62,102 nucleotides of DNA, filler included, from Deltaproteobacteria bacterium (GCA_030698575.1; 10 parts of 10 records of this genome joined end to end with filler, not necessarily neighbours in it); one strand, 5' to 3'; shown: positions 49,515 to 60,305, counted from the whole stretch's first letter. Notes: generated by a model not told the origin, from the sequence alone. Numbers and translations: made by a program.

Positions 49515-50456
49515 TTATCCCGCGCCGAGCAGTGCTCCCGCTTCGACCCGCGTCCCTCTCAGGAACTCGCTGGCGCCGAGGCGCCTTTTCCCCGCCATCT
49601 GAAGTTCCAGAAGCGCCACCGCGCCGCCGTCCCCCGCCGCTACCACGATACCGCGGGCATCAGCACGAAGCACCGTGCCGGGCGCCGCGCCGGCGCTTTC
49701 TCCTTCAACAGGCCCCGCGCTCCAGACGATCAGATGCCGCTTCCCGAGCGTCGTGAAGGCGCCGGGCCAGGGCGTGACGGCGCGAATACGGTTGAGAATC
49801 TCCCCCGCCCCCTCCGCCCAGCGGATCCTGCCGTCGTCCTTCTGAAGGCGCGGCGCCAGGGTCGCCAGGGCCGCGTCCTGCGCCCGTCCCGTCACGGTTC
49901 CCGCCGCGAGGCCGTGAATTGTTTCGACGAGCAGGGCCGGGCCGAGGCGCGAGAGCCGGTCGGAGAGCGCCCCTGCCGTCTCATCCGGCAGAATGGGCAC
50001 TTCGCGTGTGAGCAGGATGTCGCCGGCATCCATCTGCTCATTCATGTACATCGTGGTGACGCCGGTGATCTTCTCGCCGCGGAGTAGCGCCCACTGGATC
50101 GGCGCCGCGCCGCGATACTTCGGAAGCAAACTCGCGTGGAGGTTGATGCACCCGAGAGGGGGAACGTCCAGGAGCGAGCGCGGCAGGATCTGCCCGAAGG
50201 CGACCACCACGATCAGCTCGGGTGCGATCGCGGACACTGTTTCGATGAAGGCTGGATCGCGCACCCGCTCGGGCTGGAGCAGTCGCACGCCCGCGCGCCG
50301 GGCGACCTCAGCCACAGGTGGCGCCGCGGACCCGAGCCCGCGCCCGCGGGGGCGATCTGGTTGCGCCACCGCCGCCGCAATTTCCTGACCGTCGGAGAGG
50401 AGCGCCTCGAAGGAAGGGACGGCGAAGGCGGGCGTGCCCATAAAGACGATCCGCAA
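49515..50456 (-). CDS. fmt: Methionyl-tRNA formyltransferase
   Basis: RIVFMGTPAFA, INLHASLLPKYRGAAPIQ, MDAGD. Confidence 0.96.
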   Translation of the reverse strand: MRIVFMGTPAFAVPSFEALLSDGQEIAAAVAQPDRPRGRGLGSAAPPVAEVARRAGVRLLQPERVRDPAFIETVSAIAPELIVVVAFGQILPRSLLDVPPLGCINLHASLLPKYRGAAPIQWALLRGEKITGVTTMYMNEQMDAGDILLTREVPILPDETAGALSDRLSRLGPALLVETIHGLAAGTVTGRAQDAALATLAPRLQKDDGRIRWAEGAGEILNRIRAVTPWPGAFTTLGKRHLIVWSAGPVEGESAGAAPGTVLRADARGIVVAAGDGGAVALLELQMAGKRRLGASEFLRGTRVEAGALLGAG

Positions 50457-50499
50457 CGAGCCTCCCCCCTTCTCCCAGGCGCGGGCCGGCGCAGGCAGA

Positions 50500-51006
50500 T
50501 CAGCGCCCCGCAAGCTCCTTGCGGCGACGCTTCACGTATAGGCTGCGCTTGAGCCGGCTGATGCGATCGATGAAGAGCATGCCGTCCAGGTGATCCAGTT
50601 CGTGCTGAAAGCAGACCGCCTCGACCCCCTCGGCGTCGACCTCGACGGGCTTGCCGTCCGGATCCAGGGCCCTCACCACGACCCGCGATGCGCGCTTCAC
50701 CTCAGCCTGGTACTCGGGGACCGAGAGGCACCCTTCCTCGAAGTCGATCCTCCCGTCCGAAAACACGATCTCCGGATTGATGTAGCCGCGGGGACTACGT
50801 TCCTGCTCGCGCCAGTTGACGTCCACGACGATGATGCGCCGCGAGATGCCGATCTGGGGCGCCGCAAGTCCGATGCCAGGCGCGTCGTACATGGTGTCGG
50901 CCATGTCGCGCAGCAGCTTGCGAACAGCCTCGTCGACCTTGTCGACGGGCTCGGCGACCTTCTTCAGGACCGTCTCCGGAAATTCGATGAGCGGCAGCAC
51001 GGCCAT
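50500..51006 (-). CDS. def: Peptide deformylase
   Basis: GIGLAAPQIG, EGCLSVP, QHELDHLDG; directly upstream of fmt. Confidence 0.96.
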   Translation of the reverse strand: MAVLPLIEFPETVLKKVAEPVDKVDEAVRKLLRDMADTMYDAPGIGLAAPQIGISRRIIVVDVNWREQERSPRGYINPEIVFSDGRIDFEEGCLSVPEYQAEVKRASRVVVRALDPDGKPVEVDAEGVEAVCFQHELDHLDGMLFIDRISRLKRSLYVKRRRKELAGR

Positions 51007-51020
51007 GGATATCCTTCCCG

Positions 51021-51095
51021 ATGTCATTCTATGTCATTGCGAGGGGCACCCATTCGCATGTCATTGCGAGGAGCGCAGCGACGAAGCAATCTCCC
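51021..51095. repeat. REP/RPE-like element with partial duplications of its start
   Basis: ATGTCATT / ATGTCATTGCGAGG / ATGTCATTGCGAGGAGCGCAGCGACGAAGCAATCTCCC. Confidence 0.8.
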
Positions 51096-51211
51096 GGCTC
51101 CCCGGCGTTCTGCGCGGCGCGCGGCCTTCCCGTGCTCGGCGGGGCCCCGTCCCCGCCTGCGCGCGGAAAGTCCGCGCGCCCGTGAGTGCAACCTACCGCC
51201 GGTACTCGATT

Positions 51212-53713
51212 TTATAGCACGCCCACCGGATCGACGTCCACGGCCACGGAGGCGCCGCCCCCCTCGCGCGCGCCCGCTGCCAGGGCCGCCAGCGCCAGGC
51301 GGCGAAGCCCCGCGAGCCGGCTTCCCTTCAGCAGAAGCTGCCAGCGCCAGCGGTTGCGCACGCGCGCGATGAGCGCCGGCGCCGGGCCCAGCACCTCTGT
51401 CCCGGCCAGATCCGCTTCGCCTCGCCCCAACGCGTCGCGCGCCGCCGCGGCGCATCGCGCCGCGCAGCTCTCGGCCCCCGCGGCCGTCGGCGCCGTAACG
51501 CGCACGCTCACCAGCCTGCAGAACGGCGGCCAGCGCGGCTCTTTCCGATGCCCAATCTCGTCTCGGAAGAAGCCGTCGTAATCGTGGGAGCGGACGTGCA
51601 GCAGGCAGGCGTTGTCGGGGTCAAAGGTCTGCACGAGGACGCGGCCTGGCGCATCGCCACGGCCGGCTCGACCGGCCACCTGCGTCAGGAGCTGGAAGGT
51701 TCGCTCCGGCGCCCGGAAATCGGGAAAGTACAGGCTCGCCTCGGCCGAGATAATCCCGACCAGCGTCACGCCGGGGAAATCATGCCCCTTTGCGACCATC
51801 TGGGTCCCGATGAGGACGTCGGCCTTCCCGTCGCGGAGCCGCGCGAGGATGCGCTCCTGAGAGCCGCGGCGGGACGCGGTATCGCGATCGAGCCGCGCCG
51901 TGCGCGCGCCGGGGAGCGCCGCCTGCACCTCCTCCTCGACGCGCTGGGTTCCGAGGCCTCGGGCCTCGGTATGGGCGCCCCCGCACTCAGGGCAGCGGGC
52001 GGGAACCTCGGCGTGGTGATCGCAGGCGTGACAGCGGAGATCGGTCCTTCCGGACGCGCCCCGCCGGTGGAGGACCAGCGAGACGTCGCAGTTGGGGCAA
52101 CGAAAAGCGTGCCCGCAGTCGCGGCAAAAGAGGAAAGTGGCGAAGCCGCGCCGGTTGAGAAAGAGGATGGCCTGCTCGCCCCGCTCGATCGTGGCGCGAA
52201 GCGCGTCGCGAAGGGCCGTCGAGAGCGCCGGCAGTTCACCGCCGGCGGCCGGCGGCTCCTTGCGCATGTCGACGAGCGTGACCTCCGGCAGCGGGCGCGA
52301 CGCCACGCGCTCCGGAAGATCGAGGCGCCGGTAGCGGCCCGTCTCGGCGTTCCGGAAACTCTCCAGCGACGGCGTAGCCGACCCGAGGACCACGATGCAG
52401 CCGGCCATCTTGCCGCGCATCACGGCTACGTCACGCGCGTTGTAGAGAAGGTTTTCTTCCTGCTTGTAGGCCCCCTCGTGCTCCTCGTCGACGATGATGG
52501 CGCCGATCCCGTCGAGCGGCGCGAACACCGCGGAGCGGGCGCCGATCACGATCGGCAGCTCGCTCCGGCGCACGCGACGCCACTGATCCGCGCGCTCGCG
52601 GTCGGTGAGGCCCGAGTGCTGAACCGCAACGCGGTCGCCGAAGCGCGCGCGGAAGCGGTGGACGAGCTGCGGTGTCAGCGCGATCTCGGGCACGAGCACC
52701 AGCGCGCCCTGTCCGGCGGCAAGTGCCCGGTCGATCACCCGCAGGTAGACCTCGGTCTTGCCGCTCCCCGTCGCTCCATAAAGCAGAAAGGGCTCGAAGC
52801 CGCCCTCGTCGAGGCGCGCGTGCAGAGCCTCCACGGCGGACGCCTGCGCGGCGGTGAGAGAGGGCGGCGTGTCGCGCGCCACGGGCACGCCCATGAAAGG
52901 ATCGATCTCGGCGGCCACCTCCTCCCTCAGGACCAGGCCCTTCCGGGCGAGCGCACGGAGCGCCGCGTCGTTGAAACCCGCTCCTTCCGGTATCGCGCCG
53001 CCGGAAACCGGTCCGTGGGCCGCGAGATGGGCGAGTGCGGCGCGCTGGCTGCGAGCCCGGGACGGGAGCGCCTCCAGAGCTTCCTCGGGGGATCCGGGTT
53101 CGGGATTGAGGCGCCATTCGATGCGCGTGGGCGCGGAGGTCTGCCGGACCTGATCCTCGAGCGCCGCCCATCCGCGCTCAGAGAGCGCAGCCACCGCGGC
53201 GCGCCCGAAGCGCTGGGCGAGCGCTCGCTCGGCAACGCGACGGCGGCGCGCGAGATGCGCGAGCGCCTCGGCGGGCAAGCCCGTCTCGCCCACACCTGTG
53301 TCCACCATCTCGCGTCCGGCAGGGGTCAGCACGATGGTTCGGCGGCTCGAAGCAACGAGCGCCGTGGGGAGCGCGGCGCGAAGCGTAAGGCCCAGGGGAT
53401 GCAGGTAGTAGTCGGCCACCCAGCGAAGCAGCGCGATGATCGATTCGGGCAGCGCGGGAAGATCGTCGTCGAGCACGTCGAGGATTTCGCGGAGCGCGAC
53501 GTCGCGCGGCGCCCCGCCCTCATCGCGGCGCCCCTCACCGAGGGCGATACCCGTGAGCCGCCGCCGGCCGAAGGGCACCAGGATTCGCGCGCCCGGCCGA
53601 ACCCGCGCGGCCAGCCCGGGCGGGACCGCGTAAGTGAAGGTCCCCGCCGGCGGCGCGAGAACGCCCACCTCGACCGTCGAGGCCCGCGAAACTTCCCTGC
53701 GCTTGGACATCAC
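51212..53713 (-). CDS. priA: Primosomal protein N'
   Basis: GATGSGKTEVY, LVPEIALTPQ, DEEHE, SATPS, four CxxC pairs, GTQMVAKGHDF, QVAGRAGR, VDVDP. Confidence 0.97.
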   Translation of the reverse strand: MMSKRREVSRASTVEVGVLAPPAGTFTYAVPPGLAARVRPGARILVPFGRRRLTGIALGEGRRDEGGAPRDVALREILDVLDDDLPALPESIIALLRWVADYYLHPLGLTLRAALPTALVASSRRTIVLTPAGREMVDTGVGETGLPAEALAHLARRRRVAERALAQRFGRAAVAALSERGWAALEDQVRQTSAPTRIEWRLNPEPGSPEEALEALPSRARSQRAALAHLAAHGPVSGGAIPEGAGFNDAALRALARKGLVLREEVAAEIDPFMGVPVARDTPPSLTAAQASAVEALHARLDEGGFEPFLLYGATGSGKTEVYLRVIDRALAAGQGALVLVPEIALTPQLVHRFRARFGDRVAVQHSGLTDRERADQWRRVRRSELPIVIGARSAVFAPLDGIGAIIVDEEHEGAYKQEENLLYNARDVAVMRGKMAGCIVVLGSATPSLESFRNAETGRYRRLDLPERVASRPLPEVTLVDMRKEPPAAGGELPALSTALRDALRATIERGEQAILFLNRRGFATFLFCRDCGHAFRCPNCDVSLVLHRRGASGRTDLRCHACDHHAEVPARCPECGGAHTEARGLGTQRVEEEVQAALPGARTARLDRDTASRRGSQERILARLRDGKADVLIGTQMVAKGHDFPGVTLVGIISAEASLYFPDFRAPERTFQLLTQVAGRAGRGDAPGRVLVQTFDPDNACLLHVRSHDYDGFFRDEIGHRKEPRWPPFCRLVSVRVTAPTAAGAESCAARCAAAARDALGRGEADLAGTEVLGPAPALIARVRNRWRWQLLLKGSRLAGLRRLALAALAAGAREGGGASVAVDVDPVGVL

Positions 53714-53776
53714 ATGCCCTCTCGCCAGCCCGCGGGCCAGGATAGCAGCGAGATCCGACAGCCCAGCGCGCCGGCC

Positions 53777-54634
53777 TCAGGTCCAGATGCTCTTTCGTTT
53801 CTTCAGGATGCCGTTGAGCATGCGGCGGATGGCGTCCTTCACCTTTTCGACCTTGACCGCCAGCTTTGCGTCGTCTTCGTCGGGATCGCCCTGAAAACGC
53901 AGGGGGGCGCCGAAGCGGATGTGGAACTTGGCCGGGAAGGGAATCATCCCGAGGGGCCCGAGCCAGGGGAAGGTGGGCGTGATGGGAAAATCCGGTGCGC
54001 CGACGAGTTTCGCCAGCACCTTGCTCGTGGCGATGCCCGGGGATTGTTCCTCGCTCCCCACGATGGCCATGGGGACGATGGGCGAGTTCGTTGCGAGCGC
54101 GAGCCGCATGAAGCCCTGGCCAAAGCGCTGGAGCTGGTACCGCTTGGCGTAAGTCTTCACGAACCCGTGCCGCCCCTCGGGGAAAACCATCAGCGCTTCG
54201 TCCGCCTCGAGCAGCCGCCGCGCGTTCTCGGGCCGCCCCACGATGGAACCCAGGCGGTGCATGAGGACATTGAAGTAGGGGATTGTCGGCAGGTAGAACT
54301 CCGCCATCCCGCGGAGCGGCCGGGGCGGATTGGCCTCGAGCACGGTGGCCGTGCCGGCCATCGCCCCGTCCCACGCGAACGTGTTGCCGGCGTGGTTGCC
54401 TATGACGATCATCCGGCCGGAAGGGAGATTCTCGAGCCCCGTGGCCTCCACCCGGAACCAGTACTTGTAGATGACGGCCATCGTCATCATGACGGGCTTC
54501 ACCCACTGCGGGCTGTAGCCCCAGGGATCGAAACCGAATTCGTTGATGTTCCGGGACGGAAAGCTCTCGATCTGCTTGTCGACCTGCTCGGACAGCTCTC
54601 GAAGCGCCTGCGGCGTGGGGATCTCGATGGCCAA
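53777..54634 (-). CDS. Lysophospholipid acyltransferase family protein
   Basis: FGFDPWG, GNHAGN...D, VFPEG, PIVPMAIVGSEEQ. Confidence 0.88.
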   Translation of the reverse strand: MAIEIPTPQALRELSEQVDKQIESFPSRNINEFGFDPWGYSPQWVKPVMMTMAVIYKYWFRVEATGLENLPSGRMIVIGNHAGNTFAWDGAMAGTATVLEANPPRPLRGMAEFYLPTIPYFNVLMHRLGSIVGRPENARRLLEADEALMVFPEGRHGFVKTYAKRYQLQRFGQGFMRLALATNSPIVPMAIVGSEEQSPGIATSKVLAKLVGAPDFPITPTFPWLGPLGMIPFPAKFHIRFGAPLRFQGDPDEDDAKLAVKVEKVKDAIRRMLNGILKKRKSIWT

Positions 54635-54742
54635 GGGGGCTCCCGTGCGCGCCGGGCGGCGGGATCGGCCCGGCGTCGTCAGCGGAGAGGATATCCCAAC
54701 CCGGCGCCGGTTTCACCCGGCAGCCACGAGGCCGCGCAGGAG

Positions 54743-54877
54743 TCAGGGGGCAGGCGGCGGGTCGGCGGCGTAAGGTGGATCCTGGTAGACGAAGTGGTGG
54801 AGGTACGCGACGAGGTCCCAGCGCTCAGATTCGCTCAGCTTGTCGTGCCACCCTTTCATCGGCGTGTCCGGAATGCC
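54743..54877 (-). CDS. c-type cytochrome, C-terminal fragment
   Basis: Hand-translated GIPDTPMKGWHDKLSESERWDLVAYL (distal Met region). Confidence 0.65.
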   Translation of the reverse strand, partial: GIPDTPMKGWHDKLSESERWDLVAYLHHFVYQDPPYAADPPPAP

Positions 54878-54978
54878 GNNNNNNNNNNNNNNNNNNNNNN
54901 NNNNNNNNNNNNNNNNNNNNNNTTAATTAATTAANNNNNNNNNNNNNNNNNNNNNNNNNNNNNNNNNNNNNNNNNNNN

Positions 54979-55823
54979 ATCGACGAAGCGAAGATCGGCG
55001 GGATGACTCCCGCGGTGTTCACGCGGAGCGGAAAGTAGGTGCTCCGTCCCCCATAGACCTTGCGGCCGACGATCTTCTTGGCGTACTGGATCGGGATCCT
55101 GCGCTGCGCCCCCTCGAAAAAGACGATCGCTGCGACAACCGCCACCATGAGGGCGGTCAGAATCAGGAGTGTCGGAACCCTCAGCTCGCCTTGCTCCATG
55201 AGCCGGTAGGTTGTCGTGATGGCGCTCGGGACGCCGACCACAATTCCAGCGAAAATGATCAGCGAAATTCCGTTGCCGATGCCCCTCTCGGTGATCTGCT
55301 CGCCGAGCCACATGATGAAGGCGGTCCCGCTGGTCAGCGTGAGAATGGTCATCGCCCGGAACTGCCAGCCCGGATCCATCACGGTGTCAGGGCCGAAGGT
55401 GCCCTGTTCCAGGGTGAAGCTCAGGATCATTCCCTGAATAATCGCCAGGACCACCGTCCCGTAACGGGTGTAGTTGGTAATGACCTTCCGGCCCGCCTCG
55501 CCTTCCTTCTTGAGCCGGTCGAGGGCCGGGACGACGACGGTGAGCAGCTGGAGAATGATGCTTGCGCTGATGTAGGGCATGATGCCGAGCGCAAAAACCG
55601 AGAACTGCTCGAGCGCACCTCCGGTGAACAGATTCATGAGGCCGAAGACGGAGCCCAGGCCGCCCGAGGCGCGGGCAAAGAACGCCGCGATCGCCGTCGC
55701 GTCGACACCCGGCACCGGGACCGCGCAGCCTACACGGTAGACCGCGAGCATCCCCAGCGTGAAAAGTATCCGCTTCTGGAGCTCGGGCACCTTCCCGATG
55801 TTTCCAATACCGCCTGATGCCAC
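54979..55823 (-). CDS. secY: Preprotein translocase SecY (partial)
   Basis: [48 protein letters not shown]. Confidence 0.97.
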
Positions 55824-55835
55824 GCTGGCCCCTTC

Positions 55836-56282
55836 CTAGATCGTTTCCACCGTTCCGCCCGCCGATTCAATCTTGCCCCGGGCCTTTGCGCTGATGGCCT
55901 GGACCTTCACGGTGATGGCATTCTTGATCTCGCCATCGCCGAGCACTTTGACCGCGCCGGCAGCGGAGCGGATGAGGCCCGACTGCTCGAGAGCTGTCGC
56001 GTCGACGATGCTCTCGCTCGCGAATCCCGCGAGATCACCCACGTTCACGACCTGCACCTTCCGCTTGAAAATGTTCGTAAAACCCCGCTTGGGGAGACGG
56101 CGCTGAAGCGGCATCTGACCGCCTTCGAACCCAGCCTTGTTGACGCTGCCGGTCCGCGCGCCTGCGCCCTTGTGCCCCTTCGCCGCGGTCTTCCCGGTTC
56201 CAGAGCCTGGTCCCCGCCCGATCCGCTTGCGGTCTCGCACGGCGCCCGGAGGCGGCTTCAGCTGGTCGAGAATTCCCGGCAT
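55836..56282 (-). CDS. rplO: 50S ribosomal protein L15
   Basis: GRGPGSGTGKT, GFEGGQMPLQRRLPKRGF. Confidence 0.97.
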   Translation of the reverse strand: MPGILDQLKPPPGAVRDRKRIGRGPGSGTGKTAAKGHKGAGARTGSVNKAGFEGGQMPLQRRLPKRGFTNIFKRKVQVVNVGDLAGFASESIVDATALEQSGLIRSAAGAVKVLGDGEIKNAITVKVQAISAKARGKIESAGGTVETI

Positions 56283-56322
56283 GCCTCTATCCCTTTCCTG
56301 CAGCCTCCGAAGAGGCCGGCTT

Positions 56323-56547
56323 TCAGTCTCCGGCTTCCACCCGAAGGAGATGGATCACGTTCTGAATCATTCCGCGCACGGCGGGCGTGTCGGGCACGTC
56401 GACGGTCTGATGCAGCCGGCGCAGCCCAAGCCCCCTGACCGTGGTCCCCTGGCGCTTGTTGCGCCCGATGGCGCTCCGCACCCAGGTCACCCGGATGGTC
56501 TTGCCGTCCTTCTTGGCGTTCTTCGCACCCTTCGCGTTCTTCGCCAT
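56323..56547 (-). CDS. rpmD: 50S ribosomal protein L30
   Basis: IRVTWVRSAIG...GLGLRRL...DTPAVRGMI; Lys-rich N-terminal extension. Confidence 0.93.
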   Translation of the reverse strand: MAKNAKGAKNAKKDGKTIRVTWVRSAIGRNKRQGTTVRGLGLRRLHQTVDVPDTPAVRGMIQNVIHLLRVEAGD

Positions 56548-56597
56548 GATCCCTCTAACCTTCATCCATCAGGGTGCGCATCCGGCGCCCCGCGGTA

Positions 56598-57065
56598 TCA
56601 GCTCGCTTCGGCCTCGACGGCCGCTCTCAGCTGGGCAAGTCCCTCGAGCGTGGCTTTCACAACGTTGTGCGGGTTGTTTGAACCCAGGCTCTTCGTGAGA
56701 ATGTCCCGGATGCCCACCGACTCGAGCACGGCCCGGACCGATCCGCCCGCGATGACGCCCGTCCCCTGGGAAGCGGGCCGCAGCATGACGGAACCTGCGC
56801 CAAAATGCCCGATCACCTCGTGGGGAATGGTGGCCTTCACAAGAGGGACCCGGATGAGGCTCTTGCGGGCCTGCTCGATCCCTTTCTTGATGGCGTCCGG
56901 AACCTGGTTGGCCTTACCCATCCCGACACCCACAAGGCCCGCGCCATCCCCTACCACGACCAGCGCGCTGAAGCTGAAGCGCCTACCGCCTTTCACCACC
57001 TTCGCGACACGGTTGATGTGAACCACTCGATCCGTCAGGTTCTTGTCTGAGAGGTTCAGGTTCAT
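56598..57065 (-). CDS. rpsE: 30S ribosomal protein S5
   Basis: [42 protein letters not shown]; start approximate. Confidence 0.96.
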   Translation of the reverse strand: MNLNLSDKNLTDRVVHINRVAKVVKGGRRFSFSALVVVGDGAGLVGVGMGKANQVPDAIKKGIEQARKSLIRVPLVKATIPHEVIGHFGAGSVMLRPASQGTGVIAGGSVRAVLESVGIRDILTKSLGSNNPHNVVKATLEGLAQLRAAVEAEAS

Positions 57066-57147
57066 CGATCGAAGCTTGCGATCTTTGTGGTGCACACGAC
57101 GACCCAAAGAAATCCCCTTGACGCGCAGGCCCCCTGGCCTGCGACGA

Positions 57148-57534
57148 TCAGAAATCGAGCCCGGCCTCGCGCGCGGCATCCGCCAGCGCCTTGACTCGCC
57201 CGTGGTAGAGGTATCCGTTCCGGTTGAACACGACCCGGCGATAACCTTTCTCGATGGCTTTCTCGGCCACCAGCTGGCCCACCTGCTTCGCCGCGCTGAT
57301 GTTTCCCGTTGACTGGCTCAGCGCCCGGAACTCTTTCGACCGGGTTGAAATGCCGAACAGGGTGTGCCCTTCGGGATCAGAAACCTGAGCGTATATATGA
57401 CGCGCGCTTCTCGAAACGCTCAGTATGTGACGATCGCCGGCGTGCAGCCGAACCTTGGCTCCGATCCGGCGCCTGCGCTTTTCCGCCGCGAATTTCGTGC
57501 TCTTGAAAACCGTTCCCACCGTGCTGTCTCCCAC
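57148..57534 (-). CDS. rplR: 50S ribosomal protein L18
   Basis: [36 protein letters not shown]; start approximate. Confidence 0.95.
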   Translation of the reverse strand: MGDSTVGTVFKSTKFAAEKRRRRIGAKVRLHAGDRHILSVSRSARHIYAQVSDPEGHTLFGISTRSKEFRALSQSTGNISAAKQVGQLVAEKAIEKGYRRVVFNRNGYLYHGRVKALADAAREAGLDF

Positions 57535-57578
57535 CCGGTGTTTCGTCCGGGCAACGGGCCTGGATTACCTGACTCCCG

Positions 57579-58130
57579 CTATTTCGCGCCCGCAGAGGCG
57601 CCGGCCTTGCCCACCTTCCGGCGGATCCGCTCATCGGCGTACTTGACACCCTTGCCCTTGTAAGGATCGGGCGCGCGGATGCCCCGGACGGTGGCGGCAA
57701 ACTGCCCGACTTCCTGTCGGTCCGCACCCTCGATGAGGAGCACCGTCGGCCGCTCCGCTTTGATCGCCAGTCCCTTGGGGATCGGCATGCGGATCGGATG
57801 CGAAAAGCCGAGGGCGAGGACAAGATCTTTTCCCTGGACCTCGGCGCGGTAGCCGACGCCCACTATCTCGAGACGCTTCGAGAAGCCCTCGGTCACTCCC
57901 GTTACCATGTTGCTGATGAGAGTCCGCACGAGCCCATGGGCTCCGCGTGCCTCACGGGACATGTCGTTCCGGGACACGAGCACGTTGCCGCCTTCGACCG
58001 TGACTCCGACGCCTTTCGCAATGGACTGGAACAGCGTCCCCCTGGGGCCCTTCACCTCGATGCCCCCGGACTTCATCGTCACGGACACGCCGGAGGGAAT
58101 GGTGACAGGCTTTTTTCCAATTCGTGACAT
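57579..58130 (-). CDS. rplF: 50S ribosomal protein L6
   Basis: MSRIGKKP, GVGYRA, LGFSHP, PDPYKGKG. Confidence 0.97.
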   Translation of the reverse strand: MSRIGKKPVTIPSGVSVTMKSGGIEVKGPRGTLFQSIAKGVGVTVEGGNVLVSRNDMSREARGAHGLVRTLISNMVTGVTEGFSKRLEIVGVGYRAEVQGKDLVLALGFSHPIRMPIPKGLAIKAERPTVLLIEGADRQEVGQFAATVRGIRAPDPYKGKGVKYADERIRRKVGKAGASAGAK

Positions 58131-58157
58131 CCGCTCTTCCTTATGAACCGTGCCGCG

Positions 58158-58550
58158 CTACCAGAGGGAACAAAGCAACTCGCCGCCCACGCCAGCCGCG
58201 CGCGCCTGGCGGTCGGTCATGACCCCGGAGGAAGTCGAGAGAAGCGATCTCCCGATCCCGTTCAAGACCGGCGGGATCTCATCGGAACCGACGTAAACAC
58301 GCCGCCCCGGCCGGCTAATGCGCTTGATCCCCGTAATCGCGGCGCCCTCTTTGTTGTAGCGGAGCCTGATTTTCAAAACCCCCTGCCGCCCGTCCGCGAT
58401 CAGCTCGTGCCCTTCGACGTAACCCTCCGCGGTCAGGATTTCCGCGATCCGCACCTTGAGCTTCGATGCGGGCAGCCCGACTTCCTTGAGGCCTGCGCGC
58501 ATGCCGTTACGGAGGCGCGTGAGCAAATCCGCGATCGGATCGGTCATCAT
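58158..58550 (-). CDS. rpsH: 30S ribosomal protein S8
   Basis: MMTDPIADLLTRLRN, RISRPGRRVY, GVGGELL. Confidence 0.97.
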   Translation of the reverse strand: MMTDPIADLLTRLRNGMRAGLKEVGLPASKLKVRIAEILTAEGYVEGHELIADGRQGVLKIRLRYNKEGAAITGIKRISRPGRRVYVGSDEIPPVLNGIGRSLLSTSSGVMTDRQARAAGVGGELLCSLW

Positions 58551-58617
58551 GAGCAGTTAACTCCTTCTCTTACCGTGCATCGAAGCCGGACCACGACATC
58601 CTGACGAGTCCGGCGCG

Positions 58618-58806
58618 CTACCAGCTCGCCTTCGTGACGCCAGGGATCCGGCCCTGCAGGGAAAGGGTCCGGAAACAAATCCGGCACATGCCGAACTTCC
58701 GGTAGTAAGCCCTGCTGCGCCCGCAGATTCGGCAACGGTTGTACGCGCGCACCTTGAACTTCGGCTTTCGCAGGAAGCAGCGCGCCATCTGTGATTTCTT
58801 CGCCAA
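58618..58806 (-). CDS. rpsN: 30S ribosomal protein S14, short Zn-binding type
   Basis: [17 protein letters not shown]...CRICFR...[11 protein letters not shown] start. Confidence 0.95.
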   Translation of the reverse strand: MAKKSQMARCFLRKPKFKVRAYNRCRICGRSRAYYRKFGMCRICFRTLSLQGRIPGVTKASW

Positions 58807-58857
58807 GCCAAGCCTCGCTGGTTGCCCACCCACCGCCCCGGGGGGCCGTGGAACAGG

Positions 58858-59442
58858 TTAGTTCCGGAAGGGCACTCCGAAGCACTTGAGGAGCGCCTTC
58901 GCCTCCTCGTCGGTCGAAGCGCTTGTCACGATCGTAATATTCATCCCTTTGACCTTCTCGACGGTGTCGATGTCGATCTCGGGAAAGATCAGCTGCTCCC
59001 GAATGCCGAATGTGTAGTTACCGCGGCCGTCGAAGCTCTTGCGGGAAACACCCTTGAAGTCGCGAACCCGCGGCAGCGCCACGTTCACAAGCCGATCCAA
59101 AAATTCGTACATGCGATAACGCCTGAGGGTCACCATCACGCCAATGGGAAGGCCCTCACGCAATTTGAAGTTCGCAATGGCCTTTCGCGCGCGCGTAACG
59201 ACGGGCTTCTGGCCGGTGATCGCGGCCAGATCCTTGACCGCGGCCTCGATCAGCTTGACGTTGTCGATCGCTTCGCCGAGACCGATGTTCGCCGTAATCT
59301 TGTGGAGCCTGGGCACCTGGGCCCGATTCGTGTAGTTGAACTCCTTCATCAGGAGCGGGACGTACTCCGTCTCGAACAGCTTCTGAAGGCGCGGGCGGTA
59401 ATCCTTGCGGAGAACTTCCTCCGGCGCGGCTTCCTTCCGGGC
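58858..59442 (-). CDS. rplE: 50S ribosomal protein L5 (5' end beyond the contig edge)
   Basis: [38 protein letters not shown]; frame open to the contig edge. Confidence 0.96.
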   Translation of the reverse strand, partial: ARKEAAPEEVLRKDYRPRLQKLFETEYVPLLMKEFNYTNRAQVPRLHKITANIGLGEAIDNVKLIEAAVKDLAAITGQKPVVTRARKAIANFKLREGLPIGVMVTLRRYRMYEFLDRLVNVALPRVRDFKGVSRKSFDGRGNYTFGIREQLIFPEIDIDTVEKVKGMNITIVTSASTDEEAKALLKCFGVPFRN

Positions 59443-59542
59443 NNNNNNNNNNNNNNNNNNNNNNNNNNNNNNNNNNNNNNNNNNNNTTAATTAATTAANN
59501 NNNNNNNNNNNNNNNNNNNNNNNNNNNNNNNNNNNNNNNNNN

Positions 59543-59892
59543 GCTCCGATCATGTGCCCCTTGCCGCGGTTCGGGTTGCTGTTCTTCTGGAGCAGGAACG
59601 CAGCCAGGCCCCCGATGGCGCCTCCGACGAGTGGGAAGGCCGACTTGACGATGTCCGGCAGGTCCAACGCGAGCTTGCTCGCCGCGAGCTGAGACAAGCC
59701 AACGCCAGCCAGGCCGATGCCAACGCCGAGCAGGACGTCAGTCGAGTTCACCTCGTAGTTCATGACGCCGTACTCCCCGAGGTCGGGCAGGACGGAGACG
59801 GCGTGCTCCGGCCCTGACTCGGGCGCGTAGCGGGAGCAGCGGAGGCCGCTGGCGGTCTTCTTGAAGGCGAGACACTTCTTGGTGGTGTTCAT
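59543..59892 (-). CDS. Membrane protein with a Cys-pair N-terminus (partial)
   Basis: AAAGGA RBS; MNTTKKCLAFKKTASGLRCSRY...DLGEYG, then two Gly-rich TM segments. Confidence 0.75.
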
Positions 59893-59952
59893 GTGTTTCC
59901 TTTCTTTCTGGTGGGTGCTGCGACCGGGCGGGAGCGCCGACCGGAAGGTTTA

Positions 59953-60144
59953 CTAGGTAGAATCCTTTGGGTGACGAACGTCATCGATCTCGAAGATGAC
60001 GCCGATGCGCTTACAGACACGGATGCACTCGCCCCTGAGACGAGACTTTACGGCGAAGCCGGCCCGTTTCAGACGCTTGGCCTCCCGCTCGCACATGGCG
60101 CGGCAGGAACGTTGAAGCCGATTCTTGAAGGAACGCTTCGTCAA
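59953..60144 (-). CDS. Small basic protein with two CxxxC pairs
   Basis: GGAGG RBS, TTG start; KRSFKNRLQRSCRAMCE...GECIRVCKRIG. Confidence 0.55.
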   Translation of the reverse strand: MTKRSFKNRLQRSCRAMCEREAKRLKRAGFAVKSRLRGECIRVCKRIGVIFEIDDVRHPKDST

Positions 60145-60149
60145 TGGAA

Positions 60150-60305
60150 CTACTTCCTCCAGGCGCGGCGCAGGCACTTGCCGAAGTCGCCCTTCTTGGG
60201 CAGGTGGCCGGCGCGGAGCTTGGACATGCAGGTTCGGGCGATCCTCGCGAACTTCGCCTTGTGCGCGCTGCCGCTCTTCCGGTGACGCTTGATTCGACGG
60301 GCCAT
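60150..60305 (-). CDS. Small, very basic protein
   Basis: AAGGAG RBS; MARRIKRHRKSGSAHKAKFARIARTCMSK...FGKCLRRAWRK (51 aa). Confidence 0.7.
   Translation of the reverse strand: MARRIKRHRKSGSAHKAKFARIARTCMSKLRAGHLPKKGDFGKCLRRAWRK

Noticed and set aside
51548-54934. 1128-aa + strand ORF, and similar long antisense ORFs (798-2093, 3631-5622, 5615-7057, 28543-29889, 33358-34626)
   Set aside because: Shadow frames opposite well-supported genes (priA, treY/treZ, purA, typA, pmbA), expected at high GC; no motifs.
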